A stretch of 64,000 nt of DNA from a virus (lineage: Duplodnaviria > Caudoviricetes), in IMG/VR virus record IMGVR_UViG_3300044645_001661; one strand, 5' to 3'. Position numbers and translations under genes: made by a program. The notes below the pieces were generated by a model. It worked only from the letters and a program-made list of their open reading frames with translations. It was not told the origin of the DNA and did no database searches. Positions 9,794 to 18,847 of the stretch are shown here, one piece after another. Position 1 is the stretch's first letter. Every line of letters starts with the position of its first letter.

Positions 9794-10450
9794 ATGTCCT
9801 TTGGATCTCTAGCCTCATATTCTACAATAAATAACTTCCCACAAATATTATATACTTCGCCATCTTCAAATTTTTCTGAAGGTAGTGTATATGTGGTTAA
9901 TATGAATTCTTTCCCCGTTAAAATTAGAGTTGCGGTTTTGGGGAGCAATGATATAAGTGATTTACTAATTTCAGATTACATTATATATAACCATACAATT
10001 CCAACTGGAGAAAAATTTGTCTCCGATAAAATATTTTTAAAAGATGGTGAGTCTGTAGTTGTTAGAGCAGATTTGCCTAATGTTAAATTTACTTTCCGTG
10101 GTAGCGAAGTTGGGTTATCAACTTCAACTTGTGGAATTTTATCTGCCTTTAGTCCAGTAACTAATGTTAAAATTGGTGCTGGACAAACGGTATTCAATAT
10201 TCCAGTATCTATACTTGAAACAGATGCTAATTTATACATAACTAACACCTCACCAGATTATGTTGAGGTTAGTGTTGGTATTGGTACAACCATTGGCTCA
10301 AACCATTATTTGGTATATAATGAGAGAGTTGATCCTGGAAATTATTTTTGTCAGAACGACATTAAATTGGGTGCTGGAGAAATTATTTTTGCGAAGGCTA
10401 CATCAACAGATATAAATATAGTCGCTTTAGGAAAAACTACAAACAGATAA
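9794..10450 (+). CDS. Hypothetical protein with two internal repeated beta-rich modules (possibly virion-associated)
   Basis: 218-aa ORF; halves share a YIIYN/YLVYN...LKDGE/LGAGE pattern; AATAAATA late-type box at 9757-9764. Confidence 0.55.
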   Translation: MSFGSLASYSTINNFPQILYTSPSSNFSEGSVYVVNMNSFPVKIRVAVLGSNDISDLLISDYIIYNHTIPTGEKFVSDKIFLKDGESVVVRADLPNVKFTFRGSEVGLSTSTCGILSAFSPVTNVKIGAGQTVFNIPVSILETDANLYITNTSPDYVEVSVGIGTTIGSNHYLVYNERVDPGNYFCQNDIKLGAGEIIFAKATSTDINIVALGKTTNR

Positions 10451-10692
10451 TGATGAAATTTACAGTTTACTCTAAGTATGGTTGTCCATATTGTACCAAA
10501 GTTGAAGAAGTTTTAAAATTGGCAAATATTGAACATAAGGTTTATAAATTAGATGATGATTTTACCCGAAATCAATTCTATGCAGAATTTGGTGAAGGTG
10601 CCACATTTCCACAAGTATTGCTAAATGATCAACAACATCTTGGTGGATGCACTGAAACAGTGAAGTATTTGAAAGAACAAAATTTAGTGTAA
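10450..10692 (+). CDS. nrdC: Glutaredoxin
   Basis: CPYC active site, TFPQV, GGCTE. Confidence 0.92.
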   Translation: MMKFTVYSKYGCPYCTKVEEVLKLANIEHKVYKLDDDFTRNQFYAEFGEGATFPQVLLNDQQHLGGCTETVKYLKEQNLV

Positions 10693-11331
10693 GTCGAATA
10701 AAAAATTGTAAATATATTTTTCAGCAAATTCTTTATTATAATGTGCTTTTAAAATTCCATAAGCTGGATCTGTAGAAGACAGATGGTAATCATATCCCTT
10801 TTGATAAAGGTATGATACTTCTGTCTTTTTTGAATTTTCTATGCATTTTTTATATTGAGATATATATTGCGTAAATTGCTCTATGTATTCTTTATAAAAA
10901 CAACTATCGGAACTTTTAATCCATAATTTTTTTGAGAAGTATTTGTTTAAATCATATATTTTAGATTGTTCCTTTTTCCTATCTCCAAAATCTGATAGGT
11001 AAGAATCAATATATTTTGAATTGTATTCTGGATCTGATTTTAGTGGGTGAAAGTCTATAGTTCCAAAATATTTTTTACTTGAAGTTCCCAAATATTCAGT
11101 ACCAAGAATTGGAAACTCGTAGTTAAAGTCTGGATACAATACTAAAGACTCTGCAAAAAATTTATTTTTTATATTTAATTCACACAACCTTATCCTTCTT
11201 AATTTATCTGTCTTCCAAATGTATGAGGTTATAGTAGATTCATTTTCTGTAATGTGGTTGCTTAACCATGGGGGTAAATCTACTGATTCTAAATTATTGA
11301 ATGTGCCTAGTAAGATATCTTTTAAACTCAT
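10684..11331 (-). CDS. Ferredoxin-dependent bilin reductase (PebA/PebS-like)
   Basis: LRRIRL, LYPDFNYEFPILG, IDFHPL, YFSKKL, YD..LSSTDPAYGIL...FAEKYIYNFLF follow the FDBR pattern. Confidence 0.75.
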   Translation of the reverse strand: MSLKDILLGTFNNLESVDLPPWLSNHITENESTITSYIWKTDKLRRIRLCELNIKNKFFAESLVLYPDFNYEFPILGTEYLGTSSKKYFGTIDFHPLKSDPEYNSKYIDSYLSDFGDRKKEQSKIYDLNKYFSKKLWIKSSDSCFYKEYIEQFTQYISQYKKCIENSKKTEVSYLYQKGYDYHLSSTDPAYGILKAHYNKEFAEKYIYNFLFDLH

Positions 11332-11377
11332 GCACTTATAATATAAATTATTATAACAATATTTATTTGTTACTTTT

Positions 11378-12964
11378 ATGAGAATTTTATCAATTTTTGA
11401 TGGTCACGATGCGTCAGCAACTGTTTTAAATAATGGTGTTGTTGAGTATTATTTAAAAGAAGAAAGATTCTCTAAAGTAAAAAAGGATAAGAGGACTGAC
11501 AATATATTTAAAATTTGCTTAGAAAATTTTGTAGATAAGTGTGACTATTTTATTTTTAAAACTAATGATACTAATGAAGTAAAGGATAATAAAAATAAAA
11601 TAATTCAGCAAAAGAATAAAAATATAGTGATGATAAATTCAAATACTCATCATCACTTATATCATGCATCAATTGCTTTTTATAATAGTGGATTTGAAAA
11701 AAGTATAGTAATAGTAGTAGATTCTTCTGGTGCAATATTAAAAGATATGCATGAATGTGAATCTGTTTATATTTTGGAATATCCAGATAAAATAACACCA
11801 ATTTATAAAAATCATCATAGTTCTAACCCACAAAACTTAGATAAAATTATTGATGGATGTCAATACATTTGTAAATCACAGTATGGAATAGGAAATTTGT
11901 ATGATGGAGTGTCTATGATTATGGGACAAACCATTGATGATTGTGGTAAGGCAATGGGTTTGTCATCATATGGAAATAGAATTCCTGATTTTATTAATTT
12001 TTTTGATAAGGCAATTGATGAACCAATAGTAGCATTAGATAATGTGGAAGAAAAATTATTTTTCAATTTAATTGATAATGGAAAAAATGTAAAAATTACA
12101 GAAGATAATTATCAGTTTTATGCAGATTATTGTTTTGAGGTTCAAGTTCAAACGCAAGAAGCTATTTGTAAATTAGTAAAAAATTCTATTGAAAAAACTG
12201 GTATAAAAAATGTTTGTATAAGTGGTGGATATGGAATGAATATAATATCCAATCATTTATTGACTAAAAAATTTCCTGATATTGATTTTTATTTTGAACC
12301 TCTTTGTGATGATGGTGGAATATCTATAGGTGCAGCAATGTATGCATATAGAAAGATGACTAAAGATTCAAAAATAATTCCAATAGAAAATACTTTTGTT
12401 CATGGTTTTAATTATGATATATCAAAATATAAAGGAGATAAAATTGAAATAAAACAACTTGCTGAAATCCTATACGATAATAAATCTGTTGCAATATATA
12501 ATAATCTTGCTGAATCTGGGCAAAGGGCATTGGGTAATAGATCTATATTATTCAATGCGTTAAATCTTAATGCAAAAGAAATAGTTAATGGTATTAAAAA
12601 AAGAGAATGGTATAGACCTTTTGCTGCTATAGTTTTAGAAGAAGACGCGAATCAATATTTTGATATGGGAAATTTAAAATCAAATCCTTTTATGACAGTT
12701 TGCTTTCCAGTAAAAACTGATATAATTCCAGGTGTAACGCATGTAGATAAAACTTGCAGAGTCCAAACGGTTAATAGTGGACACCTAAAAGAACTTCTGC
12801 TAGAATTTAAAAAAATTAGCGGGCATGGAATTCTTTTGAATACAAGTTTTAATCTTGCTGGGGAACCATTAGTAGAAACACCTGAAGATGCATTTAAAAC
12901 TTTAAATAACTCATCCTTGGATTTTCTTTGGTTTTGTCAATCAAAACAGTTGTTTAATTCTTAA
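11378..12964 (+). CDS. Carbamoyltransferase (NodU/CmcH family), copy 2
   Basis: GHDAS, KEERFSKVK, HHLYHA, GKAMGLSSYG, SGGYGMN, DDGG, QRALGNRSIL, KKREWYRPFA, HVDKTCRVQT, NTSFN. Confidence 0.92.
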   Translation: MRILSIFDGHDASATVLNNGVVEYYLKEERFSKVKKDKRTDNIFKICLENFVDKCDYFIFKTNDTNEVKDNKNKIIQQKNKNIVMINSNTHHHLYHASIAFYNSGFEKSIVIVVDSSGAILKDMHECESVYILEYPDKITPIYKNHHSSNPQNLDKIIDGCQYICKSQYGIGNLYDGVSMIMGQTIDDCGKAMGLSSYGNRIPDFINFFDKAIDEPIVALDNVEEKLFFNLIDNGKNVKITEDNYQFYADYCFEVQVQTQEAICKLVKNSIEKTGIKNVCISGGYGMNIISNHLLTKKFPDIDFYFEPLCDDGGISIGAAMYAYRKMTKDSKIIPIENTFVHGFNYDISKYKGDKIEIKQLAEILYDNKSVAIYNNLAESGQRALGNRSILFNALNLNAKEIVNGIKKREWYRPFAAIVLEEDANQYFDMGNLKSNPFMTVCFPVKTDIIPGVTHVDKTCRVQTVNSGHLKELLLEFKKISGHGILLNTSFNLAGEPLVETPEDAFKTLNNSSLDFLWFCQSKQLFNS

Positions 12965-12993
12965 CATTAATATATAATTTAATTTGGGAGAAC

Positions 12994-13362
12994 ATGAACT
13001 TAATGACCACCAATCTTTTCGATGTTTATCATGATGTTGAAAAGGCTATTGATCTTGCTTTTGATGGAAAATTTGTTTTAAAATTTTATGATTATTTAAA
13101 AATTAATAGTGCAAAAAGATGTCAAGTTGAGTCTTTTATTGAAAGTAATACTGCTACTAATATCAATAGTATTATTTTAGATTTGGATGATTATCTTGAA
13201 GGTGGACAAGACGATGTGCATAAGCAACTACGTGAAGCATATGGGCATATACCCAAACCACAAGCAAGAAAGATTAGAAATTACCTTTACGGCATTTTAG
13301 AAGATGCTTGGAGATATAGTAATGATAGGAGACCAGGAAGAAGAAAAAAGCAAACTAAATAA
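12994..13362 (+). CDS. Conserved cyanophage-type hypothetical protein
   Basis: 122-aa ORF ending in basic RPGRRKK; QLREAYGHIPKPQARKI. Confidence 0.6.
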   Translation: MNLMTTNLFDVYHDVEKAIDLAFDGKFVLKFYDYLKINSAKRCQVESFIESNTATNINSIILDLDDYLEGGQDDVHKQLREAYGHIPKPQARKIRNYLYGILEDAWRYSNDRRPGRRKKQTK

Positions 13363-13534
13363 TCAAGAGCCCGATATTAATCGGGGATTTGAGTTAATGT
13401 TAAGACAGAATAATAGGAGGGAAAATTCATTAACGCCAAAAACATTTGAGATAATGTTTGGTAAAATGGTTTCTCTCTTCAAACGAGAGTTCCATATTCA
13501 GTTCCAGTTTATCTTTGATGTAAGAAAGATTTAA
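13304..13534 (+). CDS. Hypothetical protein (start uncertain)
   Basis: ORF fills the gap between neighbours, same strand. Confidence 0.45.
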   Translation: MLGDIVMIGDQEEEKSKLNNQEPDINRGFELMLRQNNRRENSLTPKTFEIMFGKMVSLFKREFHIQFQFIFDVRKI

Positions 13535-13551
13535 CTCTCGGGAGAAAAAAA

Positions 13552-13776
13552 ATGTTAGCAGTAGCTCTTACTTTAGGAACATTAATTTCTATTATGTTCT
13601 TTTTTGTTGGTGTATTATGTGGGTGGATGGTCAAACAATATTTAATTGAAAGAAATTATACCGCGTATACACATCCCGAAATGTTTGATGAAAACGGTAA
13701 CGTAATTCCAGACGAAATTTTAGCAGTACGATTTGAAAATGACTATGACTACAACGAAGACGAAGAAGACGACTGA
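13552..13776 (+). CDS. Small membrane-anchored hypothetical protein
   Basis: N-terminal hydrophobic helix, HPEMFDENGN motif, acidic tail; GGAG SD. Confidence 0.65.
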   Translation: MLAVALTLGTLISIMFFFVGVLCGWMVKQYLIERNYTAYTHPEMFDENGNVIPDEILAVRFENDYDYNEDEEDD

Positions 13777-14323
13777 AAAGACTAATAAAATTACAATTAC
13801 AGAACTTCAACCTAATGCTTTTCAGTTTGAAATTTTAGAACTAGTATCAAAACAAAGATCAAATATTAACAAGGTTGAAGTTCTTAAAAAATATAGAAAT
13901 GATGCTTTAGTATCAATTCTAATTTGGAATTTTGATGAATCTATTATTTCACTTTTACCACAAGGTGATGTTCCATATTCTCGTGTAGAAGAGCAGTCAT
14001 CTTTTAATGATACTTTATCTGCTTCTTTATCTAAGGCAAATAAAGTTGAAGGTCTTAGTAGAGCTGATGAGTTTATTAGAGAAAGGCACACTTCTATTCG
14101 CAATGAATTTGAAAATTTTTATAATTATCTTCAAGGTGGAAATCCAGGACTTAGTTCTCTGCGTAGAGAAACTATGTTCATTCAAATGTTAGAAGGTCTT
14201 CATCCTCTTGAAGCAGAAATTATGTGTCTGGTTAAGGATAAAAGATTAACAGATAAGTATAAAATTAGTCTTGATAATATTAAGGAAGCATATCCCGATA
14301 TTGTTTGGGGAGGTCGCTCTTAA
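13733..14323 (+). CDS. Conserved T4-like cyanophage hypothetical protein
   Basis: LPQGDVPY, LRRETMFIQMLEGLHPLEAE pattern. Confidence 0.65.
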   Translation: MKMTMTTTKTKKTTEKTNKITITELQPNAFQFEILELVSKQRSNINKVEVLKKYRNDALVSILIWNFDESIISLLPQGDVPYSRVEEQSSFNDTLSASLSKANKVEGLSRADEFIRERHTSIRNEFENFYNYLQGGNPGLSSLRRETMFIQMLEGLHPLEAEIMCLVKDKRLTDKYKISLDNIKEAYPDIVWGGRS

Positions 14324-14580
14324 TGTGTAAAATTATTCATGAAAATTGTGATGCATCAATGGCAGAGGACAAAACTTTGCCATCTAATTCTTATCTTGTT
14401 AACTATTATAACGAAGATAATCTTAGATACGATATTGTTATTTGTAATAAAAGATCCGATATTTTCGATATGTATTGGGACAAATATAGGGAAGGACTAC
14501 AATCTATAAAATGGACTGATGGTAGAGTCAATCCAAAACTTTGGGGTATAGCACCTAAGGAGGCAAAAAAGAAAAAATGA
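14323..14580 (+). CDS. Hypothetical protein
   Basis: TAATG coupling with upstream stop; GRVNPKLWG motif. Confidence 0.6.
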   Translation: MCKIIHENCDASMAEDKTLPSNSYLVNYYNEDNLRYDIVICNKRSDIFDMYWDKYREGLQSIKWTDGRVNPKLWGIAPKEAKKKK

Positions 14581-14783
14581 CAACAGGATTTGGTGAATCT
14601 ACAAATAAAAAAGGTAAAGCAACAGTAATAGTTGATGATGATGAAGTTAAAAAATTAATAAAAGAATATAAAAAAATAAAGAAATATATGAAGTCTTCAT
14701 TATATAAAATTATGACACTTGATGGAACTGAAAAAAAAGTGTCTAATTTATTAGAAGAATATGGTGAAGATGATATTGCCTGA
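14577..14783 (+). CDS. Hypothetical protein
   Basis: ATGA-coupled 68-aa ORF. Confidence 0.55.
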   Translation: MTTGFGESTNKKGKATVIVDDDEVKKLIKEYKKIKKYMKSSLYKIMTLDGTEKKVSNLLEEYGEDDIA

Positions 14784-15501
14784 GTGGAAAGAAAAAATAT
14801 TTAATTTAGATTGGAAAAAATATAATGATACTTTGTATAACTCAGTATCATTTAATTATTTTCCTAAAGAACAATTAGATATTGATCTTATTGGTGAAAC
14901 TGATGTTTTTTATAAATCTGATGTTTTTAAGATAGTATATGTTCCAATATATAAAAATGCATCTACATCAATAAAAAATTCTTTAAATTTTGAACCAGTT
15001 TATATTAAACCAAAAAAAGAAAAAGTATTTGATATTGATATACCAGAACAATATAGAGATTATAAATTTTTTACAATTATTAGAGATCCAAAAAGCAGAT
15101 GGATTTCTGGGATTAATGAATTTATAAACATATATCAAGATCTCGGTGTAGATTTTGATGGAGATATAAAAGGATCAAGAAAAAAATTTTTACTTGAATT
15201 AAAGAATAATAAGTTTATATTTGATGGTCATACTAGACCGCAGTTATCAAGTATAGATTTTTGTTTTAAATATGATATTGATCTGACACTCATTAAAATG
15301 GATGAAAGATTGGAAGAAAAAATATCAACATTTATCAAAGATCCTATTAAATTGAGACATGATAATCCTATAGAAAAATATAAATTTAAGTTAGAAAATT
15401 ATAATTTTTGTTATCAGATATTAAATCGATATTGTATGAAAAATACTTCTTTCTTAGATTTGTATTCACTGGATTTTTATCTTTATAATAACTCTTTTTA
15501 A
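14761..15501 (+). CDS. Sulfotransferase-family protein (Sulfotransfer_2-like)
   Basis: YVPIYKNASTSIK (5'-PSB) and FTIIRDPKSRWISG (3'-PB), HTRPQ. Confidence 0.7.
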   Translation: MVKMILPEWKEKIFNLDWKKYNDTLYNSVSFNYFPKEQLDIDLIGETDVFYKSDVFKIVYVPIYKNASTSIKNSLNFEPVYIKPKKEKVFDIDIPEQYRDYKFFTIIRDPKSRWISGINEFINIYQDLGVDFDGDIKGSRKKFLLELKNNKFIFDGHTRPQLSSIDFCFKYDIDLTLIKMDERLEEKISTFIKDPIKLRHDNPIEKYKFKLENYNFCYQILNRYCMKNTSFLDLYSLDFYLYNNSF

Positions 15502-15539
15502 ACAAATCTAAATATAAAATAATCTTTTTTTTGTTTGGA

Positions 15540-15866
15540 ATGGGTAAGCATTATCTCCTCAATTTATATGGTTGTTCTTTTTCTTTATTAAACGATTTAG
15601 AATTTCTAATAGACCTTTTAGAAAATGCTGCGTATGCTAGTGGGGCTACAGTATTGGAAACTGTATATAAAAAGTTTGATCCTCAAGGGGTAACTGTGTT
15701 GTGTTTATTATCAGAAAGTCATATTAGCATTCATACATGGCCAGAAGAAGGTAAGGCTGCATGTGATGTTTATACCTGCGGTTCTTCTAATCCCAAAATA
15801 GGATGTGATATTATAATTGAACAATTAAAATCTGAAAATCATACATTAAGTTATATTGAAAGATGA
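15540..15866 (+). CDS. speD: S-adenosylmethionine decarboxylase proenzyme (prokaryotic class 1b)
   Basis: GKHYL, FDPQGVT, LSESHISIHTWPE (autocleavage site), DVYTCG; ATG at 15540 preferred to TTG at 15531. Confidence 0.9.
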   Translation: MGKHYLLNLYGCSFSLLNDLEFLIDLLENAAYASGATVLETVYKKFDPQGVTVLCLLSESHISIHTWPEEGKAACDVYTCGSSNPKIGCDIIIEQLKSENHTLSYIER

Positions 15867-16348
15867 AGATTGATACGATTATTATAGATAATTTTTTAGA
15901 TAATCCCGACCTAGTAAGAAATTCTGTATTAAAAATTCCATTTAAACATTCTGGTACATTTCCTGGATTTAGGAGTGATGCTGCAGATAAAGAATATCAA
16001 AAAATGGTTGAAGTTAAATTGACACAAATATTAGGCACAAGTAATATTAAATTTAGAAAAGATAGAGATTGTTTTAGATTTCAATTATGTCTTCAAGATG
16101 CTGGCACTTGGATACATAAAGATGACACTGAATGGGCAGGAGTTTTATATTTAACACCAGATGCTGATATAAATTCTGGTACGGGAATATTTGACGAGAA
16201 TCAAAATTTAGTTACTGTAATAGGTAATGTTTATAATAGATTGGTATTGTATAGAGGAGATTTATTTCATAGAAGTTTGATTTCTGGATTTGGTGATGAT
16301 GTAGATACTGGAAGACTCACCCAAGTATTCTTTTTTGATTTGTATTAA
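15863..16348 (+). CDS. 2OG-Fe(II) oxygenase-like protein (DUF6445-like)
   Basis: IIDNFLDNPD, FPGFRS, HKD, WAGVLYLTP, HRS, RLTQVFF. Confidence 0.65.
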   Translation: MKIDTIIIDNFLDNPDLVRNSVLKIPFKHSGTFPGFRSDAADKEYQKMVEVKLTQILGTSNIKFRKDRDCFRFQLCLQDAGTWIHKDDTEWAGVLYLTPDADINSGTGIFDENQNLVTVIGNVYNRLVLYRGDLFHRSLISGFGDDVDTGRLTQVFFFDLY

Positions 16349-16365
16349 ATTACTCTATTATATAA

Positions 16366-17250
16366 ATGAAAGAAATAAATAAAAAAAATCTTTATACCGT
16401 TACTCCAAAAAGATTATTTACCTTTGGGTGTAGTTTTACTAAGTATGCTTTGGCAACATGGGCTAATATACTTGGATTTGAATTAAATAAAACTGTTGGT
16501 TGTGAATTTTATAATTTTGGTAAATGTGCATCTGGTAATGCATATATATCAAATATTATTTCGCAAGCAGATCAGTACTATAATTTTAATTTTGATGATC
16601 TTGTAATTGTTTGTTGGACAAGCATTACAAGAGAAGATAGATGGATAACTAATAAATGGGATTGTCCTGGTAACATATATTCACCAAATACAACATATGA
16701 TAAAATTATTGTTAAAAAAATAGCAGATAATATTCATTTTTTGATGAGAGATTTGTCAAATATAAAACTGGTGGATTCTTTATTAAAACATAAAACACAG
16801 TATCATTTTCTCTCGATAAAAAATCTATGTGATAGTAAATTACATGTTGATGTTAATTCTTTTAATAAATTAAAAAAAAATTATCAAAGTATAATTGATA
16901 AAATATATCCTAGTTATTATGAAGTTTTATGGGAAAATGATCTCAGAATAAAAAATATTAATGATAAACAAATTATACATAAGAATTATAAAGAAGGTCA
17001 TCCATTGCCATTAGAGCATTTATATTATTTGCATAATATATTTGATTATAATTTTTCAAATGATACTAAACTTATTGTGAAAAAAATTAATAATGAGTAT
17101 AAAAATTTAATTTTAGATTTATATTCTAATCAACATGAAGAGTGTCATCCAGCAGATCTTCCTAAAGAAAAACAAAAAAAATTTTATTTAGAATGTGAAA
17201 AGTTTTTTATATATAAGTCCAAAACGTTATCTGATCTAATAATTGTATAA
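16366..17250 (+). CDS. Hypothetical protein, SGNH-like N-terminus
   Basis: RLFTFGCSFT, NFGKCASGN, VCWTSITREDR; C-terminal GHP. Confidence 0.55.
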   Translation: MKEINKKNLYTVTPKRLFTFGCSFTKYALATWANILGFELNKTVGCEFYNFGKCASGNAYISNIISQADQYYNFNFDDLVIVCWTSITREDRWITNKWDCPGNIYSPNTTYDKIIVKKIADNIHFLMRDLSNIKLVDSLLKHKTQYHFLSIKNLCDSKLHVDVNSFNKLKKNYQSIIDKIYPSYYEVLWENDLRIKNINDKQIIHKNYKEGHPLPLEHLYYLHNIFDYNFSNDTKLIVKKINNEYKNLILDLYSNQHEECHPADLPKEKQKKFYLECEKFFIYKSKTLSDLIIV

Positions 17251-17266
17251 TATTTTACAAAAGAAC

Positions 17267-17295
17267 TTGACTATATAAGTCAATGGGTATATAGT
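17267..17295 (+). promoter_or_regulatory. Sigma70-type promoter for the riboswitch-like leader
   Basis: TTGACT (17267-17272), 17 nt, TATAGT (17290-17295); predicted start just before the CGTTC at 17303. Confidence 0.65.
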
Positions 17296-17302
17296 GTGCC
17301 CA

Positions 17303-17353
17303 CGTTCATTCGCTATTTGCGAATAGCGAACGGAAGTAAGCCGACTCGGAACG
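17303..17353 (+). ncRNA. glnA-like (glutamine riboswitch-like) aptamer, copy 1
   Basis: P1 CGTTC/GAACG, 9-bp P2 TTCGCTATT/AATAGCGAA, junction ACGGAAGTAAG resembling the glnA motif. Confidence 0.6.
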
Positions 17354-17356
17354 GAT

Positions 17357-17525
17357 CGTTCATCTATGGAAGCACTCATCCTTACTTGCTTGCAAGCACA
17401 ACTGATTTCCACCCGAGTTTACAAAGCAGAGATGCCGAAACAAACTCGTAACGATCTTATTTGGGAGGTTAAACAAATCTCCCCAAAAGAGTGTAAAGTA
17501 GACGCAAAAGCCGACTGAAGGAACG
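17357..17525 (+). ncRNA. glnA-like aptamer, copy 2, with an ORF inserted in P2
   Basis: 5' CGTTCATCT; 3' AGACGCAAAAGCCGACTGAAGGAACG; shares AAGCCGACT with copy 1. Confidence 0.5.
17366..17518 (+). CDS. 50-aa small protein nested in the riboswitch-like RNA (MEALILTCLQ...DAKAD)
   Basis: Manually translated ATG-TGA ORF, 153 nt; below the ORF-track cutoff. Confidence 0.55.
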   Translation: MEALILTCLQAQLISTRVYKAEMPKQTRNDLIWEVKQISPKECKVDAKAD

Positions 17526-17556
17526 CTCTTTAGCCTCAAAATTAAGGAGAAACCTA

Positions 17557-17724
17557 ATGTCTAAAGTCGTATATCGTGGTGTTGAATATGACACCAATGA
17601 TCGTCCAAATCAAACTTTGAAAAGAGAACCTCATGTAGAAATCTATCGTGGAGCAATGTTCTGGGTAGATGAAAATGGAAACAAATTCTCCATGGAAAAG
17701 GTACAGGGAGGTAAAGCAAAATGA
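17557..17724 (+). CDS. DUF4278-like small protein (MSKVVYRGVEYDT...)
   Basis: Two YRG motifs; strong SD AAGGAGA at 17544-17550. Confidence 0.7.
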   Translation: MSKVVYRGVEYDTNDRPNQTLKREPHVEIYRGAMFWVDENGNKFSMEKVQGGKAK

Positions 17725-17822
17725 ATACTTACTTCGTTCGCTATCTTAAGAAAAAAGCAAAGAAGGAAAAACTTCTCAAAGATGCACAATTAAATATGGC
17801 AAAACAACCACAGATTGCATAA
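17721..17822 (+). CDS. 33-aa basic peptide (MNTYFVRYLKKKAKKEK...)
   Basis: ATGA-coupled to the DUF4278-like gene; ends before the terminator. Confidence 0.5.
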   Translation: MNTYFVRYLKKKAKKEKLLKDAQLNMAKQPQIA

Positions 17823-17827
17823 TTTTT

Positions 17828-17856
17828 AAAGGAGGATTGACATCCTCCTTTTTTTT
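17828..17856 (+). terminator. Intrinsic terminator whose loop carries a -35 box
   Basis: GGAGGAT-TGAC-ATCCTCC followed by T8; TTGACA 17837-17842, 17 nt, TAAAAT 17860-17865. Confidence 0.8.
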
Positions 17857-17886
17857 ATGTAAAATGAAAAAAAGATTTGAATCTTT

Positions 17887-18045
17887 ATGGACAAAGAAAG
17901 AATAAAATTAATCATTAGTAATATGGAATTATTAATTGATTCATTGAAGAAAGAAGTTCTTTTGGAAGATGTAGTTGAAGAACAACAATTTTCTTCATCA
18001 GTGTTTGGTGATTATGATGAAGTATTTGAAGAATATGATGATTGA
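17887..18045 (+). CDS. 52-aa hypothetical protein (MDKERIKLIISNMELLIDSLKKEV...)
   Basis: Manual translation; directly downstream of the promoter at 17837-17865. Confidence 0.55.
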   Translation: MDKERIKLIISNMELLIDSLKKEVLLEDVVEEQQFSSSVFGDYDEVFEEYDD

Positions 18046-18088
18046 TTTTATTACTTGGTAAATATTAATACAAAAAATTTTTAAATTT

Positions 18089-18841
18089 ATGAAACCTATT
18101 AAAGCAAAAGATTTACTCGAACTTGATAAAAGACTTGAAGTTGTAAAACTTCAAGGATATCCCATTCCTGAACAGGTAATATGGCAAGCAGGAAAAGGTG
18201 ATTACTCGGAAGTTCCAATTCATAACGTAAAAGTTCCCAGTCAGCAAGAGTGTGGGGAATGGATTGTTGAACAACTTCTTGCGAATGAGCGTGGGCATTG
18301 GGGTCCTCTAGAGCATCCTCAAATTACATTCTCTTGTTCTGGTTTTGTTCATAACGTAATTGTTCAAGCAAGAACTCACCGAATTGGAACTACTTGGGAT
18401 GTTCAATCGCAACGTTATACTGGTAAGCGTGTAGTTAAAGTTGCCAAGCGTGAACTTGATGTTGAAGAAGTCTTCTACGTTCGCCCTGAGGGGTTCTATA
18501 CTAATCGTAAAGGTAAGAAGTATGAATGGACTGCTGAGAACCGTCAACGCAAACTGGGGCGTATTCTGAGTGAGTGTGAAGAGTATGCTGAGTATTATGA
18601 TCAGGGAATGTGTGAAGAGCATATTCGTGATTATCTTCCCCAAGCAATTCGTCAGAACTTTGTAGTATCTTTTAATTTACGTTCTGTACTTCACTTTATG
18701 GATCTTCGTTCAAAACTTGATGCTCAACTTGAAATTCAAGCACTATGCGATGCATTTGCACCAGAACTTCAAAAATGGTCTCCAAGTGTTTGGCAATATT
18801 ATGAAGAAAAGCGTTTACACAAAGCAAGATTGTCACCCTGA
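18089..18841 (+). CDS. thyX: Flavin-dependent thymidylate synthase
   Basis: GHWGPLEH, RTHRIGTTWDVQSQRY (RHR...S.R), EHIRDYLPQA, NLRS.LHF.DLR, AQLEI. Confidence 0.92.
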   Translation: MKPIKAKDLLELDKRLEVVKLQGYPIPEQVIWQAGKGDYSEVPIHNVKVPSQQECGEWIVEQLLANERGHWGPLEHPQITFSCSGFVHNVIVQARTHRIGTTWDVQSQRYTGKRVVKVAKRELDVEEVFYVRPEGFYTNRKGKKYEWTAENRQRKLGRILSECEEYAEYYDQGMCEEHIRDYLPQAIRQNFVVSFNLRSVLHFMDLRSKLDAQLEIQALCDAFAPELQKWSPSVWQYYEEKRLHKARLSP

Positions 18842-18847
18842 GGAACT

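Noticed and set aside
15525-15539. T8 run and TTG start before speD as a phase-variation or frameshift site
   Set aside because: The run lies upstream of the more plausible ATG at 15540 and joins no two ORFs.
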